From assembly GCA_012295275.1 (NCBI GenBank), contig CM022670.1, positions 4,464,001-4,528,000 on the forward strand: a stretch of DNA of 64,000 nucleotides. The letters run 5' to 3'. Both the position numbers and the translations under genes were made by a program. Under the pieces are notes generated by a model, which worked only from the letters and a program-made list of their open reading frames with translations, was not told the DNA's origin and did no database searches. Of this stretch, positions 56,065 to 64,000 are shown piece after piece; position 1 is the first letter of the stretch; each line of letters starts with the position of its first letter. The DNA comes from Chrysomallon squamiferum. Its lineage: Eukaryota; Animalia; Mollusca.

Positions 56065-59000
56065 ATTATAAAATGATAATGTTTTGTTGTTGTTCTTTTT
56101 GTTGTTTTTTTGATAATGTTGGTTCACTGAATCAAAATGTGATTTCAATACATCGGTATTGCACGCGCTTCTGCGACAGCACGAGCGCATCACGTTTGCA
56201 CGTGAGGTACACCTAGCGTTGTGCGATGTGACAAACTGTGTTCTTTTCTTTACCCAAAGCAACGTGGCATTTGCAACTAAACAATTTCCAATTTTTATCA
56301 CTTTATTTTAATTTATTTGGAAGAAACAGTCATTTACAAAAACTTGCTAAACTATATACATATTAAGACGATAAAAATTATTTCTAAATTTCTTTTAACA
56401 AACAATAATTGCAAAAAGGCTTCACAGCTTGAGGAATCGTGTTAAAACGTTTTGTAGCCTGTAGAAATTCATAAACTGCAATTTAAAAAATGCAATACAG
56501 GTTGAGTCCTCATGGTCATCACCTACAAGTTTCACCTACAAGTACCAGTCGTTTGACTCTTATGTTCTTAAACTGATGAGCACATTTTGGGAACAAATTC
56601 TGCAAGAGACTAAACACTGTAAAACAAAAATCATTCTTTTTTGAACATATAATTTCCATTAAACAACAATAAATAAAGAATATAATAAAGTTATTTCTTT
56701 GATAAATATGATCGACAAAAAAATAAAAAAATAAAAAAATAAAAAGGAGGAAAGACAATTATATTACCTTTCTCCTCCCTAAAAAAGGAACAAGATTTAT
56801 CGATAAAAATACAATATGGTCCACATAGTGAGAATACTTTTAAAATATGTTAATATGTTTGGTTGTGAGATTTTGTGAGATTTTTGTTGTTTTTGTTGTT
56901 AATTTTCTTTTCTTAGGTGTTTGTTTGTTGTTGTTTTTTATTTTGATTTTGTTTTCTTTTTTTTCTGATTTTTTATTTTAAGCTTTTTGTTTATTTTGAT
57001 TTTCTATTGTTTTCTTTCTTTCTTTCTTTTCATTACTTTCTTTCTTCTTTTTTTTCTTTTTTTGTTTTCTTTTTTTTGTTGAGAAACTGACTAGATACTT
57101 ATTTATGTGTTAAATATAATGACTTTTCCTCTTCTTTTTTCCTTTTTCTAAGTTTACTTCAAAGAATTTTACCTCGGTGACAATCAAGTGTCTTGTGTTT
57201 TTACCGTATTTCGAATACCTTACTTCTACAAAGTAATATTATTTTTTTTATTTATTATTATTTTTTTACCAGAATTACAGTATTAGTAGGATTTTAAAAA
57301 CGTTAAGTGGTTGTTTTTACAGACATAAATATGATCTAATCCAGTACCTCATAATACATGTATTTCATTTTGTTGTTTTAGTTAAAGTTGTAAAATAAAA
57401 TAACCTTATAAGACTGAGTTCCTAATAAACACTTCCAGCTGAATTTGTATGATGAGCCAAACTTTTATTTCCAGTCATGAAAATCTGCCTTTCCAATCGC
57501 TGTCAAATGGTAAAAGCTTGTGTGTGTGTGTGTGGGGGGGGTCTGTGAGTGTGTGCGTGTGTCCGTGCGTGCGTGCTTGGGTACGTTCGTGCGTGAGAGA
57601 GTTTGCACGTTTATTAGAGGGAAGTGAAATGCGTGAATAGTTTTATGAATTTAATATTTGTGAATATATTTTCGTATTTTAAAGAAATGTAGATAAAAGA
57701 TACGTTTGTCGTTAATCTGTAAAACATTGTTAGAGGACTGAATGTGAATTTCTTATCTGACACCGTTATTTGCACACAAAAAGAAAAAAAAAAAAAAAAA
57801 AAAAAAAAAAGAAGTAGAAGTAATTTTGTTATCTACTGTATATTTGTATTGATAAATATTCATTCAGTAAGTAATTTATTTTATTCTTCTCAAATTATTT
57901 CTCGAACCTTTTCCCTTTTTTATTTTTTTTTTTTTTCATTATTAAATCTGTAACACATATCACCACTTGATCCAACTGAATAAAACCCACCAACTCGTAT
58001 GAACTGTCGTTTCCATTCGTTTAAGCCGAAAAAGTGAATTAAGACAACACCTCTGAATCTCGGTATTTAGGCGAGCAAGTTTAATGTATTTGAAACGACT
58101 TGAGGCTAATGCAATCAATACATCCATTGTCTGTCGATGGACACTGAAGTACTTCAGCCGTCCACTCCTGTTTAATCAGAGACGTGCTAATTGCCAACGG
58201 TGTGGCACTGGGAGTTGTCCATCACGAAAGCAGGAACCCCAGGGCTTGGTTAGTCCAGCTGGGAAAGTCCGCCAGGTCCGGTCTGATTTCTGACGTTTCT
58301 GAAATGAAAAGAGCAGTGAGACGTGGTGATAATAGGCAACTTGCTTCTTCTCTTCATAACTTACACGAGTTCACTTCTCTGTCATTTGTCCTCAGTTCCT
58401 CCCTGTTTTAATTAATAATTAATTGTTATAAGTAGACGAAGAAGCGATGTTTATAGTGATATTAGTAGCAGTAATAATAGTAGTAGTAGGAGGAGGAATA
58501 GTTGTAATAGTCGTTGTTGATATTTTAGTAAGAATAGAGGTAATGCTGGAGCAGATGGTAATGACAGAAGCAGAGTAATAATAGTACTAACCCTAGATGA
58601 TTAGTAATTGTAGAAGAAGTAATAGTAGTAATACTAATGGTATCAGTGGTAATATTTAGTGGTGGTGGTAGTGGGGATAGTTGTGGTAGTAGTAATAGTA
58701 ATAATAATGAGATTGTAGTTGTTGCTGTTGTTGTAATAGCAGTAGTAGTAACTGTATATCTAGTAATGATAGTACCAGTAGTAATTGTGGTGATAATGGT
58801 GATAGTTATTCTTATGTCAACATTATTATCATCATCAACAACAGCAATAGTAGTAGTAGCTGTTGTTTTGTTGTGCTGACACATAGTATAGTTAGGGATT
58901 TAATCAAAAATGATCCTTAGCAATCTTTCTTTTACACATCTATGTAACTGAAACACGTCTCAATCAGTTTCTAATTTGATCTAGTATTACTGTTTTTGTG

Positions 59001-60929
59001 ACAAGCAATTTAAAAGAGATCGTTAAAAATAAGTCATAAAACCAACAATTCGTCAACTAAATACGATTAGTAGTAATACGACATCTATTAATCCTTCATT
59101 TGTTTCCAGTCGATCTGATTATTTTCATCCAGCACGAACTACCAAAACTATATTTACAATATTTAAACTGAATTTTGATATTCTCGTCTCAGGTTGTTGC
59201 GTTACTAATGTATCGCAGTATACCCACAACGAACATCATAATTATTTATGGAATAAAAACGACTTGTTTTGTCTAGCGAAGCACATCTTTCTCTCAGCAT
59301 AATAGAATCTGCTAGACCTCGTTAGTCAATAACTACACCTTATTATTCCTTCACCAGGAATCAGCACGTAATGTGTTAACCATTAGACTCAGCGCGATGT
59401 CGAAATTACACCATTATAATGAGGCCGATTCTTATTTAGACTTATCTTTGTTTAATGCGTTTTTTCGCTCGTTCGATAATAATTTGATTAGGACATTAAG
59501 ACTTCACAGATAAATCTTAGATAAATCGTCAGATATAAATGTAATAAAATTAACGGATTGATGGATATATTAATGGATGAATACTACAACTACTACCAGT
59601 TATATTACTATTACTACCACAACTACTGTTATTACTGTTATTATTACTACAATGAGAACAACTACTATTTACTACTATTACAAATATTTCAGATTTGGAT
59701 AACTAAATATATTAAAATATCGATTATCTTAACTGAATACATACACACACACACACACACACACAGAGACAGACAAACATATATATGTATATCGATTGTC
59801 AAAACTGATAAACCAAATAATTATGTTACCATATGGATTATTGTATACGGTGTGTTAAGAAAAACAAACATATCGATTATTTGAATAATATATAAAGTAA
59901 AATTATAAAAGTATTGATTACCATAAATTTGAAGGAAAAAACCCATATGTATATATATATATAAGCTGAGTGCGTGTGTGTGTGTATGTATATATATATA
60001 TATATATATATGACTATTGATTACCACACGCAACATAGGCGAATATTGATTACAATAACCGATATATGAGATACCTGAGATTATCGATTATCTTAATAAT
60101 AACACGGGTTTTCATTTCAGTTCCTGACAAGATTAGGTGATAATACGTGTGGATGCTTTTAGAATCTTGGTGCACTAATTTCATACCTCACAGTGACTGA
60201 TTACCTGCCTGGGATTTGACCTTTTGTATCTGCTTACAGAAACATAACACTAATGGTTAATATTTTTCAGGTGATCGCAGATGGCGATGTAATATTAAAA
60301 AGTAAATCTTTTGAAGGATAATTACGGATGAAATTACTTTAATAGCTGTAGAGTAATAGAACAAAAAATAATAATAGAAAATGTGTTAGTATTACGAGTA
60401 TAATGGAACAGAAGGATGCGAATTAAAGATTATTCTATACGTTATTTATGTGAACATATGCATTAATTTTGCACACACGCACAGACACAAACAGACATAC
60501 AGACAAACACGTGTTGCTCATAGACACACGCTCGTACACACATACGTACATACGCACGCACGCATATGCGCATGTTCGTTGGTTACTCGTACAAACACAA
60601 AGACAGACGCACCACTACATCATTAAATGTAACAAATGATAATAATAACAATAAGAACAACAATTCAGGTATCGATAGAACATTGAAAAAACAAAAAAAG
60701 TTAACAAGGTATTTCGTAAATGCAATTTTAATTTCAATTTTCAACTTTCTGATCTGATAAAGCTCCATTGTGAAGATAAAAAAAATACATATTTTAATAG
60801 TAAAAAAATCCTGTAATGAGACGAGCCGTCATTACAATAGCATTATAGAAATATTACTTTTTAGCTTTAATCTAAATTCTAATCCATTGTTACTGAAGGA
60901 AGCTATGTGCTATATATAGCCGGAGTCAC

Positions 60930-61194
60930 GGAATATCAATGTGTATTCTGACTGTTAATATCTTGGATTATTATAAATATATATGTGCGTGTCTAGGAAC
61001 TCTATAGGCATACACACAGATGGTACAGCAAGCCATTTTAAAGAGATATTATATGCATACATAAATTAATCTATATATCTGTATGCGCTTGTGTGTGTGT
61101 GTGTGTGTGCGCGTGTGTATATAATTGTGCGAACATACACTTTTACATTTTTAAAATCCAAGATATTAACAGTCAGAATACACATTGATATTCC
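60930..61194. repeat. 265-bp unit bounded by perfect 40-bp inverted repeats (MITE-like)
   Basis: GGAATATCAATGTGTATTCTGACTGTTAATATCTTGGATT (60930-60969) is the exact reverse complement of 61155-61194. Confidence 0.85.
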
Positions 61195-61492
61195 ATGAGT
61201 TCCTAGACAAGCACACACGCTTAAATATATATGTGCGTGTCTAGGATCTAAACAAATTAGTATTTATGCGAAATATTACACTTCATCTGCAAAATAAGTG
61301 ATGTGTAAATTTAAATCAGTCTGGCTGTCATCTATAAAATATCAAATAATGTTTTTTTAATATTCTGTCTCGAACGAAGGCATTTTAGAACACAGCTTAG
61401 TGTTTTAGTTTTCAAAAATAAAAAAATAATGTCAAGTAAATAATAATAATAATAATAATAACAACAACAACAACAAGAATAATAATAATAAT

Positions 61493-61526
<34 letters not shown>

Positions 61527-63100
61527 CAACAACAACAACAATAATAATAAAGTTTGTTAAATTTTCTTATTAAAAAATAAAATGTGGATATATCCTTTAA
61601 CTCCCTATGCAATTGCATGGATCTCTTGCGCAAAATCCCATCTGCAATATCTCTGTCTAGAGCCGTAATCCCAAATTTAAAGTTTGTTTAATTACATTTC
61701 CACATCAATAGTTTCAACAGTGGCGATAAACAGCTCTTCTCTAACTTTAAGCATTACGTTGTTTAATTGTACTGAGAAATCTAAATGGTCATCAGAATAA
61801 ATTTGATAAAGGCAAACAGTTCTAGAGATCATTATCAGAAATAAATAAATAAAAATGAAAATATATGTTTAATAAGGTCAGATGGTTCAACAATTCACAT
61901 TAAAATTGAGCAAACATGTAAAAGATGTCGGCGAAGCTTTTCTACGGTAGACCGTTTCTGCCATCACGAAAATGACGCATGATTGGACGGTAAAACTGCA
62001 TGTTATTGTCTTTATAAGTTGGTAAACAGTATCGGATAGTGTACTTGATCCTTTGCTGTTTGATTTATATTTTTTTTATTTTATTTTTTTTATTTTTTTA
62101 TTTATTATTTTTTTTTTTTTTTATTTGTTATGTTTAGATTATGAGACAATTTTCCGATATTATTATTATAAAAATTATCAATGATTTAGAAGAAAAGATA
62201 TTTAGTTTTGCAATCAATAATAATTAGTTTTGCTGCTAAATGATATATCTTAGCTATTAAAAAAAAAGAAGAAATAATTATAACTATTATCACAATAACT
62301 AACTAACTAACTAACTAAATAAATAAATAAATGACAAAATGATTTATAACAGGTAGATTCTATATAAATTTATTCCACTCGACAAACCATGCAATCAACT
62401 TTCTATATTCTATGGCACAAATGGTCCTTCGTATCTTTTAATTTTCAGTTCAGCTCGCTTACCAAACATATATAGATTTTAAAATATTTACATAACAGAA
62501 TGTCATTATTATTTCTCAATGTTTCGCAGTTCTTTCCCAACATTAACACCATCTAAAAAAAGACAAGGTCAAAAAAGATTACCCAATATTGGAGATGCTC
62601 GGAATAATTCAAGATGGCGGCATGTTATCAAATATGATTTTAAATTCATAACGCAGCTCAGAGTAAACAGAATGTTTGTATAACATTCTACCGAGTTGAC
62701 GAAAATATGACAGTGATCTGACCTTGTTTGAAAAACCATTTTCATTTCTATTTTCTGTTTTTTAACATTGTTACAGATGTTTTATTATTAACAAGATAAA
62801 CAAGAGCATGTAGAAATGTTTAGAAATAACAAAAAATCTTAAACAAAGAAACACAAAAATATAATATAATTGTACACACATGCATTAGTGGTAGTGTCTG
62901 CGTTAAAAAAGTAATCGTTTACAAAAGTAAGATTACTACTATTACTACTGTTATTATTATTACAACTGCTACTTAACCATTATTAATATAAATGCTTATA
63001 CTATTATTACTACGACTCCTAATATTGTACTACTACTACTACCAACATCACCACAGCCACCACCACGACCACTACTACTACTATTACATACTTACAGGAA

Positions 63101-63202
<102 letters not shown>

Positions 63203-63699
63203 CGTCATTAAAAACTAATTTAATTAAAAAACATAAAACAGTCGTTACGAGATATAATACATTATATTCATCCTACGCTAATATATTCCTGCAATCATTT
63301 TTTCAGTTAAATATCATTTACTAATTAATGTACAAAAAAAAAAAAAAAAAAAAAAAAAAGAAAGGGAAAGAAATTTGATGGATAACGAAAATAAAAATGT
63401 AATTACAAGAACGATATCTCAGCTACAAACAGTTTTACCCACACTTTTATTTAACTCGACTTGGAAACATAAAGTAACAAACTGACGAATCAGCCGTTAT
63501 AAAATTGGAAACATATTTCTTTCGGAAAGGAATAAATAAGTCTAGAGGTGTAGGTTACATGTATAAAGTCAACTTTAATTATGTGCAATTCTCGTAATGG
63601 GCATCAGGTGTTTCCTGTTTTATTTTTCTTCTTTTTTTTTTTTCTTTTTTTTAAAGAAAAAAAATCTCATTTCTGTATCGTATTACAGTTTGTTTGTCA

Positions 63700-63895
63700 A
63701 GATGCTGAAGTTCAAGAGCCAGACTGAGCGTGCTGGGTAGAGTACATTTTGACTGCTGGATGGATTCTTCTTCTGGCATCGTTCTAACATCAGACTGGAT
63801 TACCGAAAAGCATGGTATGTCCTGTCCTGCTTATTTTCCTTGTTCTTAACTGATGAGGGTAACCCATGTAAAGACAACAGTGGCTTTTCAAAATT
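63700..63895 (+). mobile_element. Degenerate SINE fragment, same Nin/Deu-like family
   Basis: GACTGGATTACCGAAAAGCATGGTATGTCCTGTCCTG...CCTTGTTCTTAACTGATGAGGGTAACCCATG...GACAACAGTGGCTTTTC is colinear with the same core. Confidence 0.45.
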
Positions 63896-64000
63896 AATTT
63901 TTGTCAGTGTAATGTGAAATAAAAAGCAAAACAAAATAAAATAAAATAAACTGTCATAAATAATTAAATAAATAATTTAATAATGAACATAAAGGAACAG

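Overview
AT-rich, microsatellite-dense animal genomic DNA, most likely a lophotrochozoan/mollusc (inferred from the protocadherin type and SINE relics). The main gene is a minus-strand 7-repeat (delta1-like) protocadherin with three coding exons whose phases match: 18172-15376, 5952-5829 and 3816-3482 (about 1084 aa if repaired). It carries a 1-bp frameshift at the end of EC6. Four intact intron-containing tRNA-Leu(CAA) genes of two intron classes lie in and upstream of it. A separate minus-strand exon (41086-40891) encodes a signal peptide plus basic processing sites and looks like part of an unannotated small peptide precursor. Mobile and repeat content includes a decayed ISL2EU-like (THAP + SWIM) transposon with AT target duplication, Nin/Deu-like SINE relics, a 437-bp palindrome, a 40-bp inverted-repeat element, a 60-bp minisatellite at a splice acceptor and several degenerate tandem repeats. 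Nearly all other ORFs in the track are microsatellite artefacts.
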